This document shows positions 63,695 through 64,000 of a stretch of DNA of 64,000 nucleotides, in pieces. The DNA is taken from contig CM121343.1 of assembly GCA_051530055.1 (NCBI GenBank), positions 4,930,389 to 4,994,388 on the forward strand, written 5' to 3'. This stretch comes from Neoechinorhynchus agilis. Taxonomy: Eukaryota > Animalia > Acanthocephala. The position numbers were made by a program, and so were the translations under genes. Under the pieces are notes generated by a model. It was not told where the DNA came from, did no database searches, and saw only the letters and a program-made list of their open reading frames with translations. Position 1 is the stretch's first letter. Each line of letters starts with the position of its first letter.

Positions 63695-64000
63695 TTAAGC
63701 GTATAGCTTTTCCCCGAGCGACTTTTTCATTGTCTCGTATACAATATAGCTGATTGAAACTGCAGGAAGCACCTTACAAGCATTGGGGACTATGCCTTTA
63801 TAGAATCCAACGAGGCCTTGTTGTCGCCAAATATGGGCAAACATTTTTGACATTGTCATCTCCTTATTAACTATATTGAATGACTCAGTATTCGGATTAA
63901 GGAAATACCAATTAACCTTGCGCTTGAAGCCGAGTTCGAACAAGTGCTAATGGATATGAAACGATCTGAGCTGTAAATGTACTAACTGAGCCGCACATCA
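63695..64000 (-). CDS. SLC25A24/25: Mitochondrial ATP-Mg/Pi carrier (SCaMC type), 3' end only
   Basis: SYPLALVRTRLQAQ| and GFYKGIVPNACKVLPAVSISYIVYETMKKSLG. Confidence 0.85.

Overview
This is eukaryotic (metazoan) genomic DNA from a compact, short-intron genome. Many introns are about 25-60 nt, and some intergenic gaps are only 90-120 nt. Recognisable host genes in order: MCM7 (partial), UBE2M/Ubc12, anillin, condensin NCAPH, Roquin, LSM1, SCAI, a RIPOR/FAM65-like gene, a calaxin-like EF-hand gene, an Lhx2/9-class LIM homeobox gene, a PRKX/PKA-like kinase, C5orf22/UPF0489, TEAD/scalloped and an SCaMC-type SLC25 carrier (partial). Between the dense gene clusters lie decayed non-LTR retrotransposons (RTE-like, L2/CR1-like, zinc-knuckle ORF1 elements and two young CRE-clade 3' ends). 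The most unusual features are: (1) an L2-like LINE whose endonuclease-RT linker is replaced by a ~560-nt intronless piece of the host gene RANBP3; (2) a 1.3-kb tandem array built only from long hairpin modules (~396-bp unit) with a dispersed relative at 31.2 kb; (3) a CpG-rich ~139-bp satellite with a 277-bp higher-order repeat next to a near-perfect 75-bp-arm hairpin; (4) a Roquin with no intact RING or CCCH finger, a possible frameshifted RING relic upstream, and a decayed duplicate of its 5' end 10 kb away; (5) hints of operon-like spacing or trans-splicing. No CRISPR array, rRNA or confident tRNA was found. All homology calls come from motif recognition by eye, not database searches, and many exon boundaries and element ends are approximate.
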